From assembly GCA_003563465.1 (NCBI GenBank), contig PWVH01000037.1, positions 674 through 64,673 on the forward strand: a stretch of DNA of 64,000 bases. Reading direction: 5' to 3'. A program made the translations under genes and the position numbers. The notes below the pieces were generated by a model that was not told where the DNA came from, ran no database searches, and saw only the letters and a program-made list of their open reading frames with translations. Shown piece by piece: positions 9,454-18,153 of the stretch (positions are counted from its first letter, which is position 1; every line of letters starts with the position of its first letter). Origin of the DNA: Coriobacteriaceae bacterium. GTDB lineage: Bacteria; Actinomycetota; Coriobacteriia; Anaerosomatales; SLCP01.

Positions 9454-10134
9454 TCAACGTCGTTCGAATGCGAGCCTGGCAAGGGCAAGAGCGACGTGGA
9501 CGAACTGCCTTCCGCGATGTATGAAGCCAGCCAGGTCACGGCCGGTGGCCGCGTGGGCCATTGCGGTCTCCACCTCGGCCACACGCAGGCCGGCTCGCAG
9601 CGCGCGAATCGTGAGTGCGACCTCAACACCGTAGCCGAACGCGAACGGAGTGCAAGCGTCGATGGCGGCACGCGAGAGCGCTCGCTGTCCCGAGAGGGGA
9701 GCTCGTGCGTCGAAGTCCCCGCCCAGTCTGGTGATTCCCCATCGAGCCAGGCCTTTCACGAGCCCGAATCCGCCCTTGCCAGACGGAGGGGAGAAGCAGG
9801 CGATGGTCATGTCGGCTCGATCGGTGAGTATGGGGTGAAGGAGCAGCTCTCCGTGTCGGGCTGTCTTCCCCAAGTCGCCGTCGAGTAGAAGCAGTACATC
9901 CGGATCGCGTGCCTCTGTCAGGCCAGCATCCAGCGCGCCACCTTTGCCCACGTTCTCTTTCAGCCGAACGACGCGTGCACCGGCGTTTTCGGCACGGCTT
10001 GCGGTGTCATCCGTAGAGGCATCGTCAATCACGATCACCTCTGAAACCGTGGGAAGTCCGATTGCAGCCGAGACCGTAGCGCCGATTCGCTCTTCTTCGT
10101 CGTGTGCAGGAATCAAGACTGCGGTCCGTGCCAT
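9454..10134 (-). CDS. GT-A fold glycosyltransferase (family 2 / GpgS-like)
   Basis: 226 aa from ATG 10134, with IPAHDEEERIG, VIVIDDASTDDT, LLLDGDL and a C-terminal GYGVEVALTI. The start overlaps the murJ stop by 1 nt (TGATG). The 291-aa ORF-track version runs into murJ. Confidence 0.8.
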   Translation of the reverse strand: MARTAVLIPAHDEEERIGATVSAAIGLPTVSEVIVIDDASTDDTASRAENAGARVVRLKENVGKGGALDAGLTEARDPDVLLLLDGDLGKTARHGELLLHPILTDRADMTIACFSPPSGKGGFGLVKGLARWGITRLGGDFDARAPLSGQRALSRAAIDACTPFAFGYGVEVALTIRALRAGLRVAEVETAMAHAATGRDLAGFIHRGRQFVHVALALARLAFERR

Positions 10135-11783
10135 CACTGACCCCCGCGGCGATTCATTCTGCTCGTGACGAAGCGGCGCAGCATATGCGCTCCAAGCGAG
10201 ACCTCGCGGACACGCATGAGCCACGCCAATCCGTACGCTATGCCTAGACCGGTGAGGCCCCCTGCCAGCAGGTGAAGGATGGGACCTCCTGGTAGGGCAG
10301 CAACGGTGAGCAGCCGGACTATTCCCCAAGCGCTCAAGCCGCCTGCGATTGATGCGAGAAGCACGCGGGCGACCATGGAGGCTATTCCTCGGATATCGTA
10401 TCCACCGATACGCTTGCGCAATATGAGAACCAGGGCCGAGAGGCTCAACAGATAGAAGATGCCGTCTGCGATCGGGATTCCCTTGAGGCCGATTCCACCC
10501 CAGTTAGCCAACCCAGTCGTGAGCGTGGCGTACAAGGTGATTTGAACGACGGTAAGACCGAGGTTCGTGAGCATCGGCGTGCGAGTATCCTGCATCGAGT
10601 AGAAGGTCTTGAGCACATACATGAAGGATGCGAAGAAGAAGAGCCCGGCGGCCCACCAGACAAGTATCTCTGCTACAACCGGAACATCATCGGCGGTAAA
10701 CCTTCCGGCTCTGTAGAGGGTTATGAGCGGTTGACTGAGAGCGATCAGCATTGCCGCCATGGGTATCATCAGCAGCGCTGTGGTGCGGAAGCCCTTGACG
10801 AATTGCTCCTTGAAAGCGGTCCAGTCCTGTCGACCTGCCGCTTCGGACAGCTCGGTGAAGATCGCAGTTGCGAGCGCGACGGCGAATATACCGTATGGGA
10901 GCTGGTAGAACATCCATGCGTATAGCAGGGTCGCAGGCCCTTCGGGCGCGGTCTCCAGTGCGTAGGCGTTTCGGAACGACACGGCTACCACGTTCGTAGC
11001 TACGTAGATCACCGTCGGGAGTGCCATGCGGCCCATGGCCTTCATCCCGGGATGCCTGATGTCGATAGCGGGTGTGTAGCGCACCCCGGATCTCACAAGG
11101 CTGGGGAGTTGAACGACGAACATGACGAGAACGCCCATCGAAGTGCCTACCGCGAGCAGAACGAATGCAAGGTCGGGATCGTGGCCGTGAACCGGTACGT
11201 AGAGCCCAAGCAGTGCGAATATGACCACGAGGTTGTTGAAGACCGGTCCTAGAGCCGGCCAGAGGAAGCGGCGTTGGGCGTTCAAGAGCCCGCTGATGAC
11301 AGCTCCGGCCCCGTATGCTACCACCTGTACCGCGAAGAAGCGGAAGAATTCCGTTGCGAGCTGCGCTTCCTCCGGAGAGATGCGAAAGGTCTGGGTTCGC
11401 ACGATTTGGGCTGCGAATACGGTGCCTAGGATCGAGATGATGCCGAGGGCGACCACGGTGAGGTTGAAGAGCGAGCTGGCGTATCGCCATGCATCGTCCT
11501 CACCGGCTTCCTTGCGGCGCTGCAGGAAGACAGGAATGAACAGCGATGAGATCACGCCTCCAGCCACTAGTTCGTAGATCATATTGGGGATGTTGTTGGC
11601 TACGCTGTATGAGGCGGCCATCGCCGTGACGCCGAGCGCATAAGCGGTTGCCCACGTGCGGGCGAACCCGGTCACGCGTGAGAGTGCCGTGGAGACGGAC
11701 ATGATTGCGGTAGAACGTGCGATCGCAGGCCTGCTGATGAAGACCTCCTCCCATGTGGCGGTTCGCATCGGCGAGCCCGCCAT
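10134..11783 (-). CDS. murJ: MurJ/MviN-type lipid II flippase (MOP superfamily)
   Basis: 549 aa and polytopic (about 14 TM). The N-terminus (IMSVSTALSRVTGFARTWATAYALG..SYSVANNIPNMIYELVAGG) is typical of MviN/MurJ. The start is uncertain (ATG 11783 or 11768). Confidence 0.88.
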   Translation of the reverse strand: MAGSPMRTATWEEVFISRPAIARSTAIMSVSTALSRVTGFARTWATAYALGVTAMAASYSVANNIPNMIYELVAGGVISSLFIPVFLQRRKEAGEDDAWRYASSLFNLTVVALGIISILGTVFAAQIVRTQTFRISPEEAQLATEFFRFFAVQVVAYGAGAVISGLLNAQRRFLWPALGPVFNNLVVIFALLGLYVPVHGHDPDLAFVLLAVGTSMGVLVMFVVQLPSLVRSGVRYTPAIDIRHPGMKAMGRMALPTVIYVATNVVAVSFRNAYALETAPEGPATLLYAWMFYQLPYGIFAVALATAIFTELSEAAGRQDWTAFKEQFVKGFRTTALLMIPMAAMLIALSQPLITLYRAGRFTADDVPVVAEILVWWAAGLFFFASFMYVLKTFYSMQDTRTPMLTNLGLTVVQITLYATLTTGLANWGGIGLKGIPIADGIFYLLSLSALVLILRKRIGGYDIRGIASMVARVLLASIAGGLSAWGIVRLLTVAALPGGPILHLLAGGLTGLGIAYGLAWLMRVREVSLGAHMLRRFVTSRMNRRGGQ

Positions 11784-12007
11784 CCTGCGCTATTGTAGCC
11801 CTTTGCACGTGTGTTGCCGCCCATGCGTATCTTGACCGTTCGCTAACGGCTTGCAAGCACGACAAGCGTCGCATGGTCCGCCTTGGGCTATACTTGCTTG
11901 CGGGCGCCATCAGCCCGGTCGGCTGCGATTCAGCCTCGACCTCGTATCGTGTCCCCACGAAGAGACCGCCGCTGACGGTCGGTTCGTCTGCGCCGGAGGA
12001 AGGCTCG

Positions 12008-14326
12008 ATGAAGCATATTCGCAAAGCCGTCATCGCGTTCTGTTCTGTTGCCGTCGCTCTAGCTGCATTGCCCTCCGCGTCGCCGGCGGAAGAGCTTCCC
12101 GTAGCTCGAGTAGTGTTGGTGCTTGCTCCCTATCTGCGGTGGAGTGACGTCGACTCGCAGTTGGCCCCGACGATTCACCGGCTGGCGGAGGAAGGGGCGA
12201 TCGGCAACATCAACCTTCGTAGCCGGAGTCGCATCACGAGGGCCACAACACCTCTACAGGGCGCCCTTACTTTCTCGGCGGGGTCCTGGGCTGCGGCCGA
12301 TCCTGCTGCGCCGCAGCCACACAGCGTCTCTGAGTACTACGAAGGTGGTTCGGCGTTCGACGCGTACGGACGGATGACGGGTGAGGATGCGACGGGATAC
12401 GACATAGTCTTCCTAGGCTTGCCCCGTACCGTCCGCTTCAACGAACAGGCTGGTACCCTGGCGATACGCCTGGGTGCTCTCGGTCAGGCGATCAGCGATG
12501 CAGGTGGCGTGACCGGTGCTGTGGGCAACTCGGATTCAGGATACGAGGTGCGAGGGCTATGGCGCAACCGTCCGGCGGCCGCTGTGGCGATGGACGAAGC
12601 GGGCCGGGTGCATCTTGGTGACGTATCGAGCAATCTCTTGGTCAACGACCCGGATGCCCCCTTCGGATTCGCGACGGACATGGATGTGTTCGGAAGCGAG
12701 TACCTGCGCGTGCTCGAGGGAGCGGAAGCTGCAGGTGGATCATCGTTCATCGTGTTGGATGCCGGAGATCCTCACAGGGCACGGGAGTTTGCGGTCGACG
12801 TCACGCCTGAAGTCGCCGAGGACCATCGGCTTGCCGCAGTGCGCACGCTCGACGAAGTGGTCCGACTGGCCGCCGACACACTACCGCGCGACGGTCTGTT
12901 GGTGGTTCTGCCTCAGGTGGTTGCCGCGGAAAGTGGCGCAGTGACGGGTTTCGGACCTGCCATCGTTTACGGGCCGGGATGGTCGGGTTATCTGAGTTCG
13001 TCTTCGACACAGCGTCGGGGCTTGGTTACCAATCTCGATGTAGCCGCCACGGTGCTCACCGAGATGGGAATCGATGTTCCGGTGGAGGTTCTCGGCAACC
13101 CCATGGTTGCCGATGGGACCTTGCTGCCGGCCGAAGACAGGATTGAGGTCCTTAGGGCTGATGACGCGACCGCAGTGGCCATCGACGGTGTCAGGGCTCC
13201 GGTGGTGAACTGGTTCATCGCCTTGACCACGATAGTGCTGCTACTGTGCACTGTGGTTCTCTTGCGCGCCCGGCGGTGGCCGGATCGAGTCGTCACAAGC
13301 GTCTCTGCGCTGGGTCGCAAGGTCTTGCTTCTCCCGCTGGCCGTTCCTCCAGCATCACTCCTGATGTTCATCGTCGATTCGCGGCCAGAATCGTCGGGCG
13401 ACGCGATCGTAGCTTTCTCGATCGCTCTGGCTGGCGTATGGGTTGCCGGACTCTCTTTCGAGCGCTTCGCGGGCGAACGCATGGCGGTCATAGCGCTGAG
13501 TCTGCTGGGAGCGGCGATTCTGACGGTCGATCAGTTCGTCGGGGCTCCACTGTCCTTCACCGGTTTCTTGAGTTATTCACCACTACTTGCTGCCCGCTAT
13601 TACGGTCTTGGTAATGAGGGTGCAGCCCTTCTGTTCGGGGCTGCCGCAATCGGAACAGCTTTGCTTCTCGACGAGTGTCGCAGAGGAGAACACAAACGCG
13701 CGCTAGGGCTTTGGGGCGTTCCGATCATAGGTCTGTTGGTCACGTGGGTAGGCGCGTCTCCGACTCTAGGTGCCAATATCGCGGTGGCTTTCTGGAGTGT
13801 CGTGGGGTTCGGAGCGATGTGGGCGATATACAACGAGATCCGTATCGACTGGCGCGTTATCGTCAGCGCTCTTCTGATCGTCGCAGTTCTCATAGCGATC
13901 TTCTCGTTCATCGATCTAAGAGCCGAGCCCGGTGAGCGATCTCACCTGGCGCGTGCATGGGAGAGCATGTCCAAAGGCGGCATCTCGGAGCTGTGGCTCA
14001 TAGTCGTCAGGAAGGCCGAAACCAACATCCGAGTCCTGACTCACACCAACTGGACCTATCTGCTGATCGCCGTTCTTGCGTTCCTCGGCTTCATGCGTTG
14101 GCGTCCACAAGGTGACTTCGCTGCGACGCTTGAAGAGAACCCCGGCTTCTCCGCAGGGATGGCAGGATGTCTCATCGGCGGGCTTGCGGCGTATGTGACC
14201 GAGGACTCGGGAATCGTTCTTCCCGCACTCATCGTGCTCTATGTAGGCGTGGGCATCTTGCATCTTATGCTGGCTCGGCTGCCTAAGGCGGTGGCCGAGG
14301 ATAGAGCTGAGGAACAGACTTGCTGA
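12008..14326 (+). CDS. 772-aa membrane protein of unknown function: signal peptide, ~430-aa extracytoplasmic domain, ~11-12 TM C-terminal domain
   Basis: ATG 12008 is preceded by a GGAGGA SD. The signal peptide is MKHIRKAVIAFCSVAVALAALPSASPA. A run of hydrophobic helices starts at VVNWFIALTTIVLLL. The ORF-track start at 11753 overlaps the murJ 5' end and is rejected. Confidence 0.75.
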   Translation: MKHIRKAVIAFCSVAVALAALPSASPAEELPVARVVLVLAPYLRWSDVDSQLAPTIHRLAEEGAIGNINLRSRSRITRATTPLQGALTFSAGSWAAADPAAPQPHSVSEYYEGGSAFDAYGRMTGEDATGYDIVFLGLPRTVRFNEQAGTLAIRLGALGQAISDAGGVTGAVGNSDSGYEVRGLWRNRPAAAVAMDEAGRVHLGDVSSNLLVNDPDAPFGFATDMDVFGSEYLRVLEGAEAAGGSSFIVLDAGDPHRAREFAVDVTPEVAEDHRLAAVRTLDEVVRLAADTLPRDGLLVVLPQVVAAESGAVTGFGPAIVYGPGWSGYLSSSSTQRRGLVTNLDVAATVLTEMGIDVPVEVLGNPMVADGTLLPAEDRIEVLRADDATAVAIDGVRAPVVNWFIALTTIVLLLCTVVLLRARRWPDRVVTSVSALGRKVLLLPLAVPPASLLMFIVDSRPESSGDAIVAFSIALAGVWVAGLSFERFAGERMAVIALSLLGAAILTVDQFVGAPLSFTGFLSYSPLLAARYYGLGNEGAALLFGAAAIGTALLLDECRRGEHKRALGLWGVPIIGLLVTWVGASPTLGANIAVAFWSVVGFGAMWAIYNEIRIDWRVIVSALLIVAVLIAIFSFIDLRAEPGERSHLARAWESMSKGGISELWLIVVRKAETNIRVLTHTNWTYLLIAVLAFLGFMRWRPQGDFAATLEENPGFSAGMAGCLIGGLAAYVTEDSGIVLPALIVLYVGVGILHLMLARLPKAVAEDRAEEQTC

Positions 14327-15327
14327 GCAGCACGACCATCTATTCCGTGATGATTCCTGCGGTCGCTGTGTTTACGGGCGTGCTTGTCCCGTGGGCCGGA
14401 ATGCGCATGATGGTCCCCGCACTGCGCTCGGTGGCGCGCACCGTGCGCAACTATCGTGGGCGTGAAGTATGCCTCGGTCTGGGATTGGTGTGGGTGTTCT
14501 GGACGGCGGGCTCGGTGGCCTTTGCGGCGTTCATAGTCATCTGTGAGCGGATCATCGAGGCGAGGCTGGACGCATGGTTGTCAAGTTCGCATCTGCTGCT
14601 GGCCTTCATGGTGTTCGGCGGGTTCGTATTCGGTCTTATCGATGATGCATTTGGCAATTCGGAACACAGGGGGTTTCGCGGTCACCTTGCGGAGTTGACG
14701 AAAGGAAGACTCACAACGGGCTCGCTCAAGCTCTTCGGCATAGGCGTTCTTTCGTTTGCTGGTGGCGCAATAGTCAGTGGCATGAGACACGACCGCATCG
14801 GGGTCTTGGATAGCATCCAGAGTGTGGGGCCATGGCTCTCGAATGTTCTGCCTGCCGCGGTCGTGATCGCTCTCGGCGCAAACACGATAAACCTCCTTGA
14901 CGTGCGTCCAGGACGCGCTCTGAAGGGCTATCTCGCTCTGTCGTTTCTCGGCATCGGCTTGTTGACGTGGTTCGGGCCGATGTTCGCAGGCACCATCCAA
15001 AGTGGTAGCCAAGGCGTCGCATCGAGCGAATTGCTTGCGCTGACGGCGTTCGTCATTGGTCCGGCGACCGCTGTTTGGCGCTACGACCTAGGCGAATGCT
15101 GCATGCTCGGGGATGCCGGTGCCAACGCGGCCGGCATGTGTGCGGCGACGCTCGTCGCGATAAGCCTGCCCCCAAGCGGGCTCCTGATAGTCGCGGCGAT
15201 ACTCCTCGGCCTGAATCTCGCCTCGGAGAGAGTATCGTTTTCTGCAGTGATCGAGCGAACGCGCCCGCTAGCCTGGCTCGACTCGCTTGGAAGACTACAA
15301 GATGCCGAGGCAAAAACGGAAGAATGA
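14320..15327 (+). CDS. divergent MraY/WecA-superfamily (polyprenyl-phosphate sugar-phosphate transferase-like) membrane protein
   Basis: 335 aa and polytopic, with GLIDDAFG, NTINLLDVRPGR and LGDAGANAAG in the order and spacing of PNPT motifs. The TTG start at 14320 (GAGGAA SD) overlaps the upstream stop. Confidence 0.7.
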   Translation: MLSSTTIYSVMIPAVAVFTGVLVPWAGMRMMVPALRSVARTVRNYRGREVCLGLGLVWVFWTAGSVAFAAFIVICERIIEARLDAWLSSSHLLLAFMVFGGFVFGLIDDAFGNSEHRGFRGHLAELTKGRLTTGSLKLFGIGVLSFAGGAIVSGMRHDRIGVLDSIQSVGPWLSNVLPAAVVIALGANTINLLDVRPGRALKGYLALSFLGIGLLTWFGPMFAGTIQSGSQGVASSELLALTAFVIGPATAVWRYDLGECCMLGDAGANAAGMCAATLVAISLPPSGLLIVAAILLGLNLASERVSFSAVIERTRPLAWLDSLGRLQDAEAKTEE

Positions 15328-15408
15328 GGGCCCGCGTGTCGTTTCGCGCGGGTAGAATGACAAAGGGGACATGAGAGGGCCGAGGCGGACGGAGGCTGGA
15401 TCCGACAG

Positions 15409-17022
15409 ATGGCGAAACACATATTCGTGACCGGTGGTGTGGTGAGTTCGCTCGGCAAGGGGATAACCGCGGCTTCTCTCGGGCGCCTGCTGAAGTCTCG
15501 TGGCCTGAAGGTCACCATCCAGAAGCTCGACCCTTACCTCAATGTAGATCCAGGCACGATGAGCCCGTTCCAACACGGCGAGGTGTTCGTCACGGATGAC
15601 GGAGGGGAAACAGACCTCGATCTCGGACACTACGAGCGCTTCATCGACGAGCCTCTTGCACGTGATTGCAGCGTGACCGCTGGATCCATCTATCAGACCG
15701 TCGTCACCAAGGAACGGCGCGGTGACTTCCTCGGCGGCACGGTACAAGTGATTCCGCACGTTACCAACGAGATCAAGGATCGCATCACACGTCTTGCGGA
15801 GCAGACGAAACCAGACGTGATAATCACCGAAGTGGGTGGCACTGTCGGCGATATCGAATCTCTGCCGTTCATCGAGGCTATCCGCCAGTTGAAGAAGGAT
15901 GTCGGTGCTGCTGACGTATGCTACATCCACGTCACTCTGGTACCCTACATCGCTACCTCGGCGGAGCTGAAGACCAAGCCCACTCAGCACTCTGTCAAGG
16001 AACTGCGCTCGATCGGTATCCAACCGGACTTCATAGTGTGCCGTTCGGACCGGTCCATCGACGCGAGCATACGGCGCAAGATAGCACTCTTCTGCGACGT
16101 GGACCCCGAGGCGGTCGTCAGCGCTCAGGATGCGACCTCGATATACGAGGTTCCCCTACACCTTCGTGAACAGGGTCTCGATGAGATGGTGATCGAGCGC
16201 CTGGATCTTGAGTGCGGCCTGCCCGACATGGACGAGTGGGAGTCATTCGTCTCCCACTCGGCATCGCTTTCCGACAACGTCGACATCGCACTGGTCGGGA
16301 AGTACGTGAAGTTGCCCGATGCCTACTTGTCGATCACCGAAGCCCTCGATCACGCTGGGATATTCCACGATCACAACGTCGCCGTGCACTGGCTCGATGC
16401 GGAAAGCCTCACCCCTGAAGAAGTTGACAGGATTCTGTCGAAGATGGACGGGATATTGGTGCCTGGGGGTTTCGGCATCCGGGGGATCGAAGGGAAGGTG
16501 CGTGCGACGCGGTTTGCTCGTGAAAACGACGTCCCGTTCCTTGGAATATGTCTCGGGATGCAGGTGGCTGTGGTCGAGTTCGCCAGGCATGTGGCCGGAC
16601 TCGAAGGTGCGAACTCGGCCGAGTTCGAACCCGCCGCCGAGCATCCTGTCATCGACCTGATGTACGAACAGCACGATCTGGCCGACATGGGCGGAACCAT
16701 GCGTCTTGGAGCCTACCCGTGCAAAGTCACGCCTGGGACTAAGGGATTCGAGGCGTACGGCGAGGAGGTCACATACGAACGCCATCGCCATCGCTTCGAA
16801 GTCAACAATGCCTACCGGCAACAGCTTGCCGATGCGGGACTTACGATAAGCGGGGTCTCGCCTGACGGCAAGCTGGTCGAGATGATCGAGCTGCCGAATC
16901 ATTCCTGGTTCGTGGGCATGCAAGGTCATCCGGAGTTCAAGAGCAGGCCTACCCGTCCAGCACCGCTCTTCCGGGACTTCGTGGGTGCTGCGGTGGATTA
17001 CAAGCACCGCAAAGAGGGCTGA
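15409..17022 (+). CDS. pyrG: CTP synthase
   Basis: 537 aa starting [19 protein letters not shown], with the glutaminase-domain motif GICLGMQ and a conserved HPEF. Confidence 0.96.
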   Translation: MAKHIFVTGGVVSSLGKGITAASLGRLLKSRGLKVTIQKLDPYLNVDPGTMSPFQHGEVFVTDDGGETDLDLGHYERFIDEPLARDCSVTAGSIYQTVVTKERRGDFLGGTVQVIPHVTNEIKDRITRLAEQTKPDVIITEVGGTVGDIESLPFIEAIRQLKKDVGAADVCYIHVTLVPYIATSAELKTKPTQHSVKELRSIGIQPDFIVCRSDRSIDASIRRKIALFCDVDPEAVVSAQDATSIYEVPLHLREQGLDEMVIERLDLECGLPDMDEWESFVSHSASLSDNVDIALVGKYVKLPDAYLSITEALDHAGIFHDHNVAVHWLDAESLTPEEVDRILSKMDGILVPGGFGIRGIEGKVRATRFARENDVPFLGICLGMQVAVVEFARHVAGLEGANSAEFEPAAEHPVIDLMYEQHDLADMGGTMRLGAYPCKVTPGTKGFEAYGEEVTYERHRHRFEVNNAYRQQLADAGLTISGVSPDGKLVEMIELPNHSWFVGMQGHPEFKSRPTRPAPLFRDFVGAAVDYKHRKEG

Positions 17023-17028
17023 GCGGGC

Positions 17029-18153
17029 GTGGGCGCCGATCGGTTACTCGCGACATTCTTGGATCTGGTGCGCATAGACAGCCCTTCGGGCTTTGAAGCG
17101 GCTGTTGCCGGATACTGTGCTGAAGCCCTCAGATCGATGGGCTTCAGCGTGCGGACGGATGCGACCGCTGCGCTCACTGGCTCGAACACTGGAAACCTCA
17201 TCGCCAAGCTTCCGGGCACGTCACCCGCTGCTCCGTCGCTCGTGCTTGCTGCCCATCTCGATTGCGTTCAGCCATGTGAGGGCGTGGAGCCGGTCGTGCG
17301 CGACGGAATCGTGTCCTCGGCCGGTTCGACAGTGCTGGGCGCAGACGACAAGGCCGGTATCGCTGTGATATTGGAGGGAGTCCGACGCGCCATCGAGGAC
17401 GGAATCGAACGAGGACTGGTGCGGGTGATACTCACGGTAGGCGAAGAGGCCGGGCTTCAAGGCGCCAAGGCTCTAGATATGGACGAAGTGGCTGCCGACC
17501 TTTGTCTCGTGTTCGATGCAGACGGGAAGCCCGGCGGAATCGTGGTAGGCGCACCGACACACTACACCTTCGTTGCTGTCTTCGAAGGCCGCGCCGCGCA
17601 TGCGGGCGTGGCACCCGAGGAAGGCTCATCCGCCCTCGTGATGGCCTCGCGCGCCGTGGTGGACATGGAGCTGGGCAGAATCGACGACACGACGACCGCC
17701 AACGTAGGGACTATCGAGGGCGGAACGGCCACGAACGTCGTTCCGGCAAGGGTCACTCTCGCGGGAGAGTGCCGCTCGCTCGGTCGCGAGCGGGTCGAGG
17801 AGGTTCGCCAGGCGATGGATGCAGCGATGCGTACGGCAGCGCTTTCCCAAGACGGCCGGGTGGACGTGCAGTGGACTAAGGAGTACGACGCCTACAATAT
17901 GGACGAGGACGAGCCCGCACTGGCCTTGGTGCGTCTGGCGTGTTGCGATGTGGGGTTGACGCCGCGGCTCTTCACCACAGGCGGAGGCAGCGACGGAAGC
18001 ATATTCGCTCGGTCGAAAACGCCGACGTTGGTGCTCTCCTGCGGGATGCAGTCCGTGCACTCTACTGAGGAGAGCATATCCGTGTCAGACTTGGAGTCGC
18101 TCGCAGCCCTGGTGCGGGAGATCATCGGCAGGTTGGCGGAGAGCCGGACATGA
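17029..18153 (+). CDS. M20-family metallopeptidase (peptidase T-like)
   Basis: 374 aa with HLDCV, GADDKAGIAVILE and TVGEEAGLQGAKAL metal-site motifs, plus a dimerisation lid segment. Confidence 0.85.
   Translation: MGADRLLATFLDLVRIDSPSGFEAAVAGYCAEALRSMGFSVRTDATAALTGSNTGNLIAKLPGTSPAAPSLVLAAHLDCVQPCEGVEPVVRDGIVSSAGSTVLGADDKAGIAVILEGVRRAIEDGIERGLVRVILTVGEEAGLQGAKALDMDEVAADLCLVFDADGKPGGIVVGAPTHYTFVAVFEGRAAHAGVAPEEGSSALVMASRAVVDMELGRIDDTTTANVGTIEGGTATNVVPARVTLAGECRSLGRERVEEVRQAMDAAMRTAALSQDGRVDVQWTKEYDAYNMDEDEPALALVRLACCDVGLTPRLFTTGGGSDGSIFARSKTPTLVLSCGMQSVHSTEESISVSDLESLAALVREIIGRLAESRT

Noticed and set aside
10687-11490. 267-aa ORF in an alternative frame on the same strand as murJ.
   Set aside because: The translation is Arg/Pro/His-rich and non-membrane, inside a gene whose main frame gives a clean MurJ polytopic sequence. 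It is a frame artefact.
15328-15408. Possible pyrG leader attenuator (CCCGCG...CGCGGG hairpin, TAGAAT, G-run), by analogy with the B. subtilis reiterative-transcription control.
   Set aside because: The hairpin precedes rather than follows the -10-like element, and no terminator lies between the G-run and the pyrG start. The evidence is insufficient. The hairpin may simply terminate the upstream operon.
15295-17007. Two long minus-strand ORFs (242 aa and 254 aa) antisense to pyrG.
   Set aside because: The pyrG frame is unambiguous. The antisense translations have no motifs and are rich in Arg, Val, Asp and Leu, as expected for the reverse complement of a GC3-rich gene.
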